A DNA stretch of 63,177 bases, filler included, from Sphacelaria rigidula (lineage: Eukaryota), in assembly GCA_964200075.2 (NCBI GenBank). It is 6 parts of 6 records of this genome, joined end to end, with 100 filler letters (N's around TTAATTAATTAA, not from the genome) between each part and the next. Parts side by side here need not be neighbours in the genome. Positions count along the whole stretch, not along the records: positions 1 to 10,448 come from CAXNAA020006473.1; positions 10,549 to 20,996 come from CAXNAA020006474.1; 4 more parts are not named here. One strand, 5' to 3'. This document shows, piece after piece, positions 1-11,580 of the stretch. How positions within the stretch are numbered: the first letter of the stretch is position 1; each line of letters opens with the position of its first letter. A program made the translations under genes and the position numbers. The notes beneath the pieces were generated by a model, which saw only the letters and a program-made list of their open reading frames with translations, ran no database searches and was not told the origin of the DNA.

Positions 1-2
1 AA

Positions 3-588
3 TCAACGATGAATAACACCTCCTAAGTTCATATTGGATCTATCTGGTTTTGCCGCAGCACCGTCCTTGCGGGCATGTGTGTGACAGAGAATAGTAGTAG
101 CGGTGACGGAAATATTGCCCTGTTTTTCAAGGACATGATCGTCAGCGCACAGAGGCGCGTGCTGCCCAAAAAGAGAGCCAGGGAGAAATCGATCTTCGCA
201 TCAATGATGAGGTGCTCAGGCAAGACGAAGAGACGAGATCTCTCCGTAGGTCGGTCTTTAGGCACAACATGGAAAATTCGGTTCATAGTGGTAATATGCA
301 TGATGCCAGTCTCTCGAGCGTTTGGTAATCGCCGAGTGAGGACACACAAAGGACACCGGCGAGGAGCTTCCTCTCTGTCGTTGCTCCTCTCTCTGGTGAT
401 ATCGCCATCGACACGCGTGTACACCGCATTCGTTGGGTGCACCTAGCCCGAGCTGCCCAACTCCTCCTGCGGAGTTTTGGGGGAAAATACCTTTCTTTTG
501 TGCTATTGTTTGGTATTTTCCCAACGGAAGCGATTTGCGGGTTGAACCTCATTCTATAGGTCAACCCCAAAAATTGAGATCGGCTGTT
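3..588 (+). repeat. Dispersed repeat, copy 1 (right part of a probable non-autonomous DNA element ending ...AAATTGAGATCGGCTG)
   Basis: Aligns by eye with 1224-1735 (e.g. ATGAATAACAC..CTAAGTT, GCCGCAGCACCGTCCTTGC.GGCATGTGTGTGACAGAG). Its 3' part recurs at 21215-21345 (+) and 52550-52610 (-). Confidence 0.8.
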
Positions 589-1223
589 TATTGCTGTTCC
601 ATGGTTTCTTCGGATGTTTAAGTGGACCCGAAGCGGCCACCTTCCCTCAGGTTTTCAGAACCGTTACAATTGTGTGGGTGCAGATTAAATAAATCAAACT
701 CTACCGCTTTCACAGATGTTGCGACTTCGGTGTTGTTGTCGTGACGACCTCTGAGCAGCCGGGAGGACGCGCGGTAGAGGAAGGAAAGATAGCAATGATC
801 CGGGTTGCCTGCCGTACTGCCGACCGCGTCGCGTGAAAGCCATAAGACCCTTGCTGTCAGCAGTTGATGGCGGGGGTCTCGAATGCAACGACATGCGGTT
901 GATCGTATGTTAGAGCACTCTCGTCTATCCTCCCAACTTGCGATAGCCCATGACCTCCTGACATCGGAATAATTATTACTCATGGGAACCTACTCGTACT
1001 ACTGTTGTACCGAGCTGTTCAGCGTGTGCTGCAGGTTGCAGCATGGGCTGACGCCTATGCCCCACGCTAGCAACAGTTGTTGGGTCACCACCATAGGTGT
1101 CTTTTTTCATTCTGCATGTCAAATAGGTTTCTACAGGTGTCTGATATCTCATACACCTCCCTCAACTGGCGTGTGGCATGCCCTTCTGCTTGGGCAACCC
1201 GTTGGAGCGGGAGGTCGGCGAAA

Positions 1224-1735
1224 CTCAGCGATGAATAACACCCCCTAAGTTAAAATTGGATATGTCTATTATTGCCGCAGCACCGTCCTTGCTGGCATGT
1301 GTGTGACAGAGAGCAGTAGTAAAGGTGACAGGAAGATTGCCCTATTTTTTCAACATGATCTTCAGCGCACAGGGGCACGTCCGGTCCAAAAGGAGAGGCA
1401 GAGAGAAATCGATCTTCGCGTTGGCGACAGGCAAGAAGAGACGACCGAATCTTTCCGCACGTCGATGCTCTGGCACATAACAGTTGCCGAACGAGGACAC
1501 GCAAAGGACACGGGCGAGCAGCTTCCTCTCCGCCGTTGCTCCTCCGGTGGTACCGTGGTATCGTCATCGACATGCGTGTACGATGCATCCATTAGGTGCA
1601 CCTAGCCACACCTACTTGACTGCTACATGCACTTTTTTCGGGAAGATACTTTTCCTTCGTTGGCGCAGCTGTTTGGCTCAAAAACTACATTTTAGTTATG
1701 CCATTTGAACCTCATTTGAGCGTTCAACCCCATGC
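1224..1735 (+). repeat. Dispersed repeat, copy 2 (diverged direct repeat of 3-588)
   Basis: Colinear similarity to 3-560, including GTGCACCTAGCC and TTGAACCTCATT. Confidence 0.8.
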
Positions 1736-2909
1736 TACTGAATTGTTTCTGCTCTTCACTTCGGAAGTGATTTTGTCTGCAAACGACGACCACCACCGTG
1801 CTTGACCCGAACAGCTCCAAAAACGATGCCCGGGCACACACCGTCTAAGGAGATAGATCCCGCCCACCCGCGGTACTTTTTACTCTAAGACATAGCCTAG
1901 GGTGTCACTAGCAAGGTTTCTGATAATTCTCGCATGCTTGCTAGCGCCACGGCGTGTGCCAAGGGCAGCTCTGCGGAGTGTTGCGCTGCGGTACGAAATG
2001 GTCGCATAAAGGTTCGGAGAAAAAATCTAGCCGCTTAATTTTAGGACAACTCCGACCGCCAGGTACGAAAACTCCTAAAATCTACGAGATCTCCGAAAAA
2101 ACTGTGTCGATAATAACGACCCTCAGCCCTCAACCGGTCCTCTGAACCGTCTCAGAACCAACTGCGGCTTATGTCGACCTTCCTGTAACTGTCTGTGAAT
2201 TTCATCCTGCCGAAGAAGTGTACGCAAGATTCTATTTCTCATTGATATCTTCGAATACCACTCCCTTAGAATGCAATCTCCATAATGAAAATCCATGACA
2301 ATTTGACTGATTCATAGGCTGATAACTGAGCTCACAAAACGGAACCGGTGCTGCAAGTCGACCGTTAATATTGTTCCGAAAGGAGATCTGCCACCAGTGG
2401 TGGTTCGGTCGAATCGTTGCTGGGCGAATGTCTTTAAGTGGATTTTTGTAGCTCGTTCCGCTGTTCCGTGTACAGTATATATCTCATAATCATGTGCCGG
2501 CAAAGTACATTACTACGAATACAACCGTTTTGAGCGTCTATTCCAAAATCCAGCGGGAAGTTTACTCAAGGAGTTCTGGGTGAAAATCAGTTAGGAGGGT
2601 CATGCTCCATCCAACCACAATACCCCATGCGTCCCAGGTCCCAAGCACGTCCTCTATATAGTGGAAAAGTAGCTAGCTCATCCATTCATACACGATATAC
2701 ATTAATATATCATTTTGATCAACAGTGAGGGATGTAGTAGTCAGCCTTAGTTGGTCATATCTTGTTGGATTATTTTATTGTTGGTATCGTGGGTCTGAAA
2801 TACTATCCACTATCAGATGTGGAATCATTTTTAGAACCAAGACGGTGCAGCAAAAATGCGCAGAGGATACGATACAGCACGGCTATCGGCGGATTGTCGG
2901 GATATCACC

Positions 2910-4382
2910 ATGCAAGCATGTGCTTCAGAACAGGATGCAAGTTTATTATTTAAACCAGAAGACAAAGTAAAACTGTTTGATCTGGTTTTCAGAGGGGCGT
3001 CTCAAGAGCAATGGATAGATTGGCTAAGACCTCCGCTTGAGCATGCTGCAGCTGCGGGCGACGTCGACATTGTGAAAAAACTGGTGAAGGTCGGCGCGAA
3101 GGTGGATACCAAGTGGAAAGGGTGCCACGGTCGCACGGCGCTTCACGCAGCTGTCCAGGGTGGGAAGCATGAAAGTGTTGCGACTTTGCTGAAAGCGGGC
3201 GGCAAGTCCGTCGTAAATGTGGCTCTGACCGGCGGGAAGAAGTGGACACCTCTTCACTACGCTGCATTTGGCGGACACGACACCATTGTGGAGATGTTGA
3301 TGTTTGCTGGAGCGAGCGTAGCATGTGTTGATTCATTTGGGGACACACCATTGCACCTGGCAGCCAGTGAAGGATACCGACAAGTCGTGATTGCCCTGGC
3401 ACTCCGTGGCGCAGACGTCAACAAGCTCAACCGCGCCAAGTTTTCGCCGCTCTTTGTTGCCGCCATACGCGGCCACCTACTCGTGACGGACGCCCTGTTG
3501 ACAGCCGGCGCGGATCCTGAGTTACGCTGCGGTGTAAATCCGAGAACTCCCTTGGAAGAATCAACTTGCAAGGGGCACGTGGAAGTCGTCCGATCCCTCA
3601 TCCAGCATGGGGTCGATGTCAACGCGGGCGACCCGAATGACCACCGGGCTACTGCTTTGCATCTAGCCGCCTACTTTGACCACCCTGGCGCGATCGATGT
3701 GCTCGCCGTGGAGGGCGGCGCCAACATCGAGGCAAGGACGACTCACCCCGACGTGGGTTGGACTCCGCTTTCTTACGCCGCCAAGCAAAATAGCTGCCTG
3801 GCGCTGAATGCCCTGCTGCGTCGCGGAGCGAGGGTAGACGCCGAGGGCGTCAGCAACAATCGGCCGTTAGCCATGGCCTGTCAGTGGCTGGCCGCGGGGG
3901 CCGCCGGGCTCCTGTTGAGATGGGGTGCAGATGAGACGTGCACCGATAGCGCCGGGCGCTCGGCCAGTGACGTAGTTGGGACAGCGCTCTCGCTGAGCGA
4001 GCAGCAAGACCGAAGAGAGGAGGTCGAATCCCTGCGACGCATGCTAGCTCGCGCTCCGATGGACAGGGCATGGCGTCGGCGGGGCATGCTGGTTCTGTGC
4101 CGCGCCTTGGCGCAAGAGATGCGCTTCGATGCTCACAGAGGACAGGGGGATATAGGAGTGAACAAGGTCCAGGCGGGGGGCGGTGGTGGTGCGGTATCAC
4201 GGGCGGTTGTCGGTAGGCGTGCAACGAAAAGTGCCAGGACTGTTAAAATCGAAGTCGCTGATAACGGCACAGGGAAGGATATCGGGAGCGGGGTTGCTTG
4301 CCTTCTCGGAGGCAGTGTGGAGGCGAGGGTGGTGCAGCTGACGGAGGAGACCTTGTTCCGCAAGGTAATTTGCTTCTTGTAG
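2910..4382 (+). CDS. Intronless ankyrin-repeat protein (about 490 aa, roughly 9 ANK repeats, Gly-rich linker, conserved C-terminal motifs)
   Basis: Uninterrupted ORF 2856-4382; the ATG at 2910 has ACCATG context. Repeated ANK motifs: GRTALHAAV, WTPLHYAA, GDTPLHLAA, FSPLFVAA, ATALHLAA, GWTPLSYAA. The N-terminal EQWIDWLRPPLEHAAA and C-terminal RAWRRRGMLVLCR/FRKVICFL resemble, from recall, an expanded brown-algal ankyrin family. Confidence 0.93.
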   Translation: MQACASEQDASLLFKPEDKVKLFDLVFRGASQEQWIDWLRPPLEHAAAAGDVDIVKKLVKVGAKVDTKWKGCHGRTALHAAVQGGKHESVATLLKAGGKSVVNVALTGGKKWTPLHYAAFGGHDTIVEMLMFAGASVACVDSFGDTPLHLAASEGYRQVVIALALRGADVNKLNRAKFSPLFVAAIRGHLLVTDALLTAGADPELRCGVNPRTPLEESTCKGHVEVVRSLIQHGVDVNAGDPNDHRATALHLAAYFDHPGAIDVLAVEGGANIEARTTHPDVGWTPLSYAAKQNSCLALNALLRRGARVDAEGVSNNRPLAMACQWLAAGAAGLLLRWGADETCTDSAGRSASDVVGTALSLSEQQDRREEVESLRRMLARAPMDRAWRRRGMLVLCRALAQEMRFDAHRGQGDIGVNKVQAGGGGGAVSRAVVGRRATKSARTVKIEVADNGTGKDIGSGVACLLGGSVEARVVQLTEETLFRKVICFL

Positions 4383-6987
4383 TCGGTGAGAACCGAGACG
4401 TTCCTCACTCATGCGGCTCTACGTTCTGACGCGATGCGCTTACTGCAGGTGCTTAGCGTTCGTCGATGTTGTCCCACGTGCGCGCCAGAGGCACGCCTAG
4501 GCTTATGTTACGCGTGGGGCGTACATGAGATCCTGTACATGATGCTGTGGTCAGTTCGTGTATGTATCGTTCGGGTTGCTCAATGTAGGGGGAGATCGTG
4601 TACCATCATAGATTTTGATGCATGATACACCCACGGTTTCAACGCCACCATGCATGTAGCCCCTTGTTCTGGTGAGAACCTCGTTGTGACGGGGAGGGAC
4701 CAATTCGTGTATGTTAGCACTGCTGGTGATGTATGTCAGCGTTGCTGGTGACTTTGAAACAACTTTGTATGTGAACTAGGTATTTGTTTCGGATGCCCCC
4801 ACACTTGAAGTTTATTTCCGTGTTACAGGGAAGCCGCCACCCGTCGGAAGATAACAGTCTTGTATTTGTTGGCGGAAAGTTCATGTAGTTCACTGGAGGA
4901 AGATAATCGTATCGCGTGTCGAAGTGATGATTCATACGGACGGCATGTGTGCGAATGACGTACGACCGAAGATTGAAGTAAACATTGATGGTGTTCGATA
5001 AGATTTAGTGCTCTTCGTTCATCGTGAAGTATCACACTCCCAAGTGTAGCGCCCGCTGCAACTGCTTTTCGCAAGGTGTACTGGAGAAAACATGAAGAGT
5101 AATACCGTCATGTTGTGGGATGCCGCACACTGGCGCCAGAGTTGAGCACTCCTCCCCCTTTTCATTATTCAGTTTCTGGTAGAGCCCCCCCCCCCCCCCC
5201 CCCCGACTCCTCTGTCGCGAGCGCGAATGGTTCAAAACCGCGGCTGTCGACTTGAGAGTGCCGTTTCTTCTGTTGTTCAGTATTTTGTTCTTTAATTTTC
5301 AATAAACAGTTTCGTTGTATTCGGGGTGTACGGAGGAAGAGGCTCATTGGGTCCCTGGCTTAACGTGTCCCTTTTGGTCATAGCCTAGTAATGTAAATCT
5401 CAGTTCTTAGCATGTAAAACGACGGTAGGCAACGTTTTCATTCCCGAGGCATTGCAACCTACTCCAGTTGGGGGGCAGTACCGGGAGCTATCAGATGTTT
5501 GTTGTGACGTTGTGTAACGTCGATGGTGTCGGCAATGCACATGGTTTACCGGTTTATTTGGTGTAAATCAAGGGCAGAAAGAAAAAGAACGCAGCATGTG
5601 CGTCCAGGATGACTGGATCGATTTTTCATTGTACCGATACACATTCATTCTCATGAGTTTTTGGTCTGCAACATTTCGCCCAAGTCTCGCCTGTTTCGGG
5701 ATCCTACAAATTCCTGGGCACGACCACAACCAGTCGCTGCCCGAACAAAAATACCCAGGGGGAGCAGCTCAACTTTTTCGTTTGCGACGCCTCGTTCGGC
5801 TGTCGTAATTTTAGTATCGGCACGCTGAACGGCATACTCGATCGCATGGAATTAAACAACTCAACTGAGAACGCCGAACCTTTCACTAGCTTGATTTCGC
5901 TCCCAGATCTTTTCATGTGGCATATGTGATATTTTAGCGCAACATAATCGGAACTGTTCGCTTCGAAACATGACGGCAGTCTTGCCAATTCGCGAATTTA
6001 TCGCCCTACTGGGCAAGTGAAGCACGAACAAAGCAATAACATGTCCGTGTGTAGAGCACGCTCTTGACGCCCCTGGGGTTCCGTTCTTCCGACTCTCTGG
6101 ACAATATCCACGAGGATTATTTCCCACGGCTAACAAACAGCGTGCTAGCTGTCTGGTCTCCAAGGAGATGTTCACTCTCTTCAGGACCATCAACCCATCT
6201 ATTCTCCACACTACATCCACGAGCTCAGATTCTACAACCAGACCACAGACGCAGCATGCGCGGTCGTCAGTCTGCCGTTGGAGCATGTTGATCTCAGACG
6301 CGATGCTTACAATACACCAAGTTACGCTGCAAATACTGAAGAGGATACTCTCATTTCTTAGTGGAGGATCACCACGTCCGACCACATATATATTCATCAG
6401 TTTTTCACTGGAGTGGCGGATTGATGGTGGCACATCAACTGATCAGCCAAAAATCCAGCCGTCGGGTGGCTGCAAGATACACGTACCCGGGATGAAGAGA
6501 TGAGATAACTCGCTCAAGGAAACAAGGGCAGACACTGAGAAAGGAGAAAACGAACACTAGAGTGAAGCGGGGAAAGAGAAAAGTGTATATACTAATAATA
6601 GTGCACACTGCATGTAAGAGGGTGTTGTCTCATCTCAAGACTTGCTCACGACAGCTACCAGTAAATAGCAGCATAAAAGTAGCGCTCAAGTAAAATGGCA
6701 TCCCCAACTGGGTTCAAATTAGGGTGCCTGATCATTTCGCCCCGTGTCTTGATTAACACCAAACATCGAGAAATCCCACACCCTACGCCTGTGAAAAGGT
6801 TCGATACAGTCACCACGCATGTCCCACACAGTAGATGGTACAGGAATAAAACACGTGAGCGCTTCGCCGGTACTGCACGGTATACGTCATGTGTGTCGAG
6901 CACTGCTTTTAACCATGTGGCAAAGACCTTTAGCTACAGCCCTGTACGGGGAGCACTCTTGACACCAACAGGAACGGAGGGGCGCTA

Positions 6988-7089
6988 TCAAAACAGTTCT
7001 TCCGAAGAGTTGGGCAGATTTAGCCACTCGGCCAAGTACACGCACGTCTTTGGAGATACGACACCATCCTCGGAGCAATGACTCATCAC
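6988..7089 (-). CDS. POLR3F: RNA polymerase III subunit RPC6 (C34/C39), terminal exon
   Basis: Acceptor tcag| then VMSHCSEDGVVSPKTCVYLAEWLNLPNSSEELF*. Completes the C-terminal Cys (Fe-S) motif; phase 0. Confidence 0.92.
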   Translation of the reverse strand: MMSHCSEDGVVSPKTCVYLAEWLNLPNSSEELF

Positions 7090-8429
7090 CTGATGAAAGC
7101 GGGGAAGCATACGGAAGATGATACACACGAAGCATGGTCGGGAGCGAGGGTGAAGAGGAAAGGGTAAGGAGACATGCATGGCGGGAGAGGTCATCTTGAA
7201 ACGTTTCACCTCTTCTTGAAGCTTTTACTACTTGCAGCGACTCTGCTGTGGCTCAAGAACGTTGTTCCTACGCCAGGAACACGGGTGGAAGGGGCGTCTA
7301 CCACTAGTGCAGAGACGGCGTTGTGTTCATGGACGTAACGCGGACAAGAGACGCCTAGACACTAACCCACGGGTTCAACGTCTCCGTTCTATTATCACCA
7401 ATAGGAGTACGAATAGCAGCGGCAACAGTAGAGCTACTGAGGGCTGTCAACTGGACCAGTTTATACTGTCGATTAAACTGGAACTGGCGACGAGGGCGCC
7501 AGTTTATCCAGTTTATATCGAGATTTGCCGTTACTCGCTATTCGATACTAATCTTAGTATAGTGAGTTCATAACAAGGATGCTTACATCATTGTATACGA
7601 TTTGACTGTACACTTGAGGCCTACACTTTACAGCAGCACAAGTACAGGCTGTACTCGTAGTGTTTTCAACTCTACAGTAGCATAATTGCATGATGGGCGT
7701 TTTGAACACTATGCAGCACTTGCTCACAACACCTCGACGTGATGTAGCGGATATATGCCAAGGGTTTGTCGTTTCATTGCACGACATCGGGAAACAAGAA
7801 CAAACTGTAACCCGCGACCACAAGATACTAAATACACCATGGCTTCTTATTCTATTACATGCATATTTTGTCAGTCCGGACGTAACTAATTTTGCGCTAT
7901 TATCCCCACGTGCTGTCAGCCTTGCCTTCCTTGTTCCCATCCTCCGCTCCTCACGGAGAGTCTCCGCTGTTGCATGCTACAGATGAAAGATTTTCGAATC
8001 GCTCACCGCTTTGAACGGGATTTCAATGTCATCTAAGCCTCCTAGCCCCTAAATTTGAGGGGCCACATGTTTTACGACTGTCCACATTTTTGGAGGGAAA
8101 ACAAGCTAAATACCGCATTTTTTTTTGCCTCCGGCGGCGCTCCCGCGAGGCCCCTTCACCTGCCGACGGGGGGCGTTGGGGCTCGCGCCGCCGCCGATAT
8201 TTTTCCACTTGATCGGCTTGAGTCATTAATTGTTTTCACAACAAGCGATGACTCGTGTGCTCGAGTCATTGATTTTTTTCAAAACGAGCAACGACTCGTG
8301 TGCTCGTCCTATTTATGTACGACTCGAGAAATACTCTCCGCCGCTTTAGTAGAACTCTGGTCTGTGGGGGGGGGGGGGGGGGGGGGGGGGGTTGGATGAA
8401 ATGAAAACAAGCTTTGGAGCTTGACGCTT

Positions 8430-8735
8430 GTTCATGTGCAGATATGCATATGAACTTGAAGATTCCAGGTTCAAGATCGTCGAAGAGCTCATTATAATTG
8501 TTTGCTCGTCGGATTGCTGATTCCTCCACTCAAGCCGTTCATCACGAGCAGTGATTCATTTGCTCGAGTCATTTACTTCTCCACCACGAGCAATGACTCG
8601 AGGACTTGTCCTATGAATTTTTTCCACATCGAGCAATGACTCGAGTGTTCACCCTTTTGATTTTTTCCACAACGAGCAATGACTCCAGTGCTCGCCCTAT
8701 GAATTTTTTCCACAACAAGCAATGACCCGACTACA
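8430..8735. repeat. Intronic dispersed repeat containing a 43-bp-period tandem array (core CGAGCAATGACTCGAG)
   Basis: GAGCAATGAC-like core at 8588, 8631, 8674, 8717. 8430-8560 matches 42655-42836. Confidence 0.8.
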
Positions 8736-9176
8736 CGCCCAAATGATTTTTTCGGCTAACGAGCAGCCCAACGAGTGCGAGTGCCACGTGTTCGTCCGAC
8801 GTATGAAAAACATGGATGTACTAGCCGCTGGCGCAGCCAGTTGAAGCTTAACTGGCCAGAGCTGCCAGTTCACACCCATAGAGCTACTAGTACTGCAAGT
8901 GGGCTTGAGTGACATCGAGTTGTACCAGGCGAGAATCTCGTGCCGCCGGCAGGGTTGTACACAACCCAGGCTCAGTGACAACAGGAAATCACAACACCAC
9001 GTCTTTTCACCTCTCACTATACCTTCCTTGCACATCTTGCATATCATTTCTGAACACAACAGTACAGTCGAAGATTGTATGAGGTGTGAAAACCCAAGCG
9101 TGCACATATTGACACACACACAAGACACGCGTGCGCAATAGATGAAACGAGCATCACTTAATCAAACACAGCACAC

Positions 9177-9260
9177 CTTGCACACCCCGCACGGCACTTC
9201 TGTAAACGCGTTCACCACTTCCACGGTAGGTGCCATCTTGTAGACCGGCCCATCGCCGAC
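9177..9260 (-). CDS. POLR3F: RPC6 penultimate exon
   Basis: atag|VGDGPVYKMAPTVEVVNAFTEVPCGVCK|gtgtgc. 84 nt, phase 0/0. PCGxC motif of RPC6. Confidence 0.92.
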
Positions 9261-9676
9261 CTATCGGTTATTGCAGCACCGCGAGCGAAGCACGGGAAAC
9301 GGTAACCCCACGAGAGAACAGATGTTTAACAAACCGGGTCGTGAGTATGCCTCGCCAGGAACACACGAACCATCGAAGCCAACGTGCATACCCTCTGGAT
9401 GGTCTACGACGATCGCATCTCTGAAAAACTGGTCATACCGCGCGCGAGTGCTGCTGCGAGCGGTATAAGTTGACCAATAAAAACTTACGTAGAAACATAC
9501 AACTTCCGCAACTCAGTTAATGTTGATCACGTACGCACTGAAAATAGCAGCGACTGAGTTTTCTAGCCATATAAAACTATGCACCGTGAACGTCGATCGA
9601 AGCTGCGGGGCTGGGGGTCGGGGGTGGGGGTGAATAGGGGAAATTCACCCCTGGTGAGCGGCTCGATTGTACTCAC

Positions 9677-9835
9677 TTCTCTGTTGAACATCGAAGCCGC
9701 TCCTCGCACCTCCTCCAGCTGACCGTCGTACACCAGCGTGTCGACAATGAGCTTAACTTCTTCCATGGCCAGGTCTATCTTGGAAATACCTGACACCTTG
9801 ATCGCCGCGGCGATATCCTTCAAGGGCGACGTTTG
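9677..9835 (-). CDS. POLR3F: RPC6 internal exon; upstream exons lie beyond the contig end
   Basis: ccag|QTSPLKDIAAAIKVSGISKIDLAMEEVKLIVDTLVYDGQLEEVRGAASMFNRE|gtgagt. Matches the RPC6 GISKxxLxxEDxxxIxxTLxYDG motif. An alternative in-phase donor exists at 9709. Confidence 0.9.
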
Positions 9836-10363
9836 CTGGAGTTTTTGATGTTTTTTATCAATAGATGAAATCAGTTGACAAAGGGAGTGTTGATACGGGG
9901 TCAGATGGAAAAGGTTTCGATACCGTGAGAAAACAAAGCGCATTTGCGGCACAAGGCATTTGGTTGACAGCTGGGGGACAAATCACTTTTTTCTACCTTT
10001 AGTTATCTTTCCATCAATGAAGAACACTCAAGACGCATGCCGCGATGAGGGAAGGAACCACCATACCAACGAGATCGAACGAGCTCAGACAAAGCGAACA
10101 AATTGATGGTTGCACTTTGCACAGGTGGTGGCAGCCGACGAACTTTGAAATGCAGCCGAGCATGTCATCCAAGAAACACTTCAATTTCACCGTTGGACAT
10201 GCGCTGTATCGTGAAATTGGCGGCGAATTTCTGCCCACGCAACACTGTGCGTCCAACTCCCTTTACTCTACGTGATAGTCGGCGTGTCGATACAGTTACC
10301 CTCTTCGCGATCAGTCCACAAAAAACAATGTTTATGCGTACGTGTATGTCATTACGCGTTAAA

Positions 10364-10448
10364 CAGTATTTTCGTGAGATTGAGAGTGAAAAGCGGTCAA
10401 ATAGTGAATGAATCGTTTCAGTTCCGAAATGCACTTCCACGAGGCCCA
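10364..10448 (+). mobile_element. MITE family A, partial (cut by contig end)
   Basis: CAG..TTTCGTGAGATTGAGAGTGAAAAGCGGTCAA, shared with the copies at 18097 and 34436. Confidence 0.75.
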
Positions 10449-10548
10449 NNNNNNNNNNNNNNNNNNNNNNNNNNNNNNNNNNNNNNNNNNNNTTAATTAA
10501 TTAANNNNNNNNNNNNNNNNNNNNNNNNNNNNNNNNNNNNNNNNNNNN
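10449..10548. other. Artificial contig spacer
   Basis: 44 N + TTAATTAATTAA + 44 N. Confidence 0.99.
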
Positions 10549-10604
10549 CTCATCATACTAAAACCAAGTAATTTCCGGACGAATAATTATTTGTCCGACC
10601 CTTG
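10549..10604 (+). mobile_element. hAT-type MITE family B, right end only
   Basis: AAGTAATTTCC.GACGAAT.ATTA...GTCCGACCCTTG matches the end of 35085-35343. Confidence 0.7.
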
Positions 10605-11198
10605 GATGATTCTTGGCAGTTCTCTCCTTGCACGAACACCATAGCGTCGAGGCGCGAGCATTGGCAGTGCTGCACGGTAAATCGAAAGGTTGACTGGCAT
10701 ACGACGGTGTCGATCAGGTTACTTGTCTTGCGTTGAAACATTCACTCGGTCGACACTACTACGTAGCCTCATGCACTACAGGTGATTCGCTGACGGGCGT
10801 AGCCAGATGACCCCGAATACACTTTGGCATGCACAAGCCATCATCGCCATGCACATGAGACACGGTTCATGACTACAGCGTGGAAAAAACAAGATTGAGT
10901 TGTACACAAAAGTTTGCGCAATCTATCTACAGAAAGAACAGTCCCAATATTCTCCACAGACTGAAATCAGAACGCGAAATTCTCCTCATTGTCGTCGCCC
11001 GCTGCCGATGCCGAGTCCTCTCTCTCGGACCCGCGGCATTCTGAATCCGAACATCCGATCCAGATCCCGGCTGCAGAGTTCGACTTGTGTCTGAAGGGTT
11101 TGTCTAACCCACCGTTGCAAAAGTAGCCACCGAGATGGGCTCTTGTCCCGGATGCGCCTCCCCTCCCCCCTGCCTCCCGCCGCCGTGCCAGTAACGCT

Positions 11199-11580
11199 TC
11201 TCACCATCGGTCATACCAACAGGTGCCCCCGGCGAGTTGCTCGCTCCACTTGCCGCGCCCATGCAGCCGACTCGCCCCTTGCATGCTTCGCTGTTGACCG
11301 GCCTTTCCAGTTGCGCGATCGGCCGCGTGCGCGGCCGTCTACGCCGGTGGTTTCACTGATCGGATCTGGTTCCGAGTGCGCTCCCCCCCCCCACCTCCCT
11401 CCTGGCGCTGCGCCAGCGAGGCTCCTCACCATCAGTTGTATCAACAGGTGTCCCTGGTGCGCTGCTTGCTCGAAATGCCGCCCCCGTTCCACGTGATGCA
11501 GTCGACCCGCCCCTTGCATGCTTCGCTGTTGATCGGCTTCTCCCGGTTGGCGATCGGCCGCGTACACCGCTCTGTCCGTC
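11199..11580. repeat. GC-rich direct duplication (period about 225 bp)
   Basis: CTCACCATC...CAACAGGTG...CCCTTGCATGCTTCGCTGTTGA...GCGATCGGCCGCGT occurs at about 11199-11345 and 11425-11580. Confidence 0.8.

Noticed and set aside
3..1735. Pair of LTRs flanking a small retroelement
   Set aside because: The copies are quite diverged, with no TG...CA ends, PBS or PPT seen. The 3' part recurs elsewhere as a DNA-element-like terminus.
10493..10504. Recurrent TTAATTAATTAA palindrome every 10.5 kb as a biological signal
   Set aside because: Always centred in 88 N; it is a synthetic linker.
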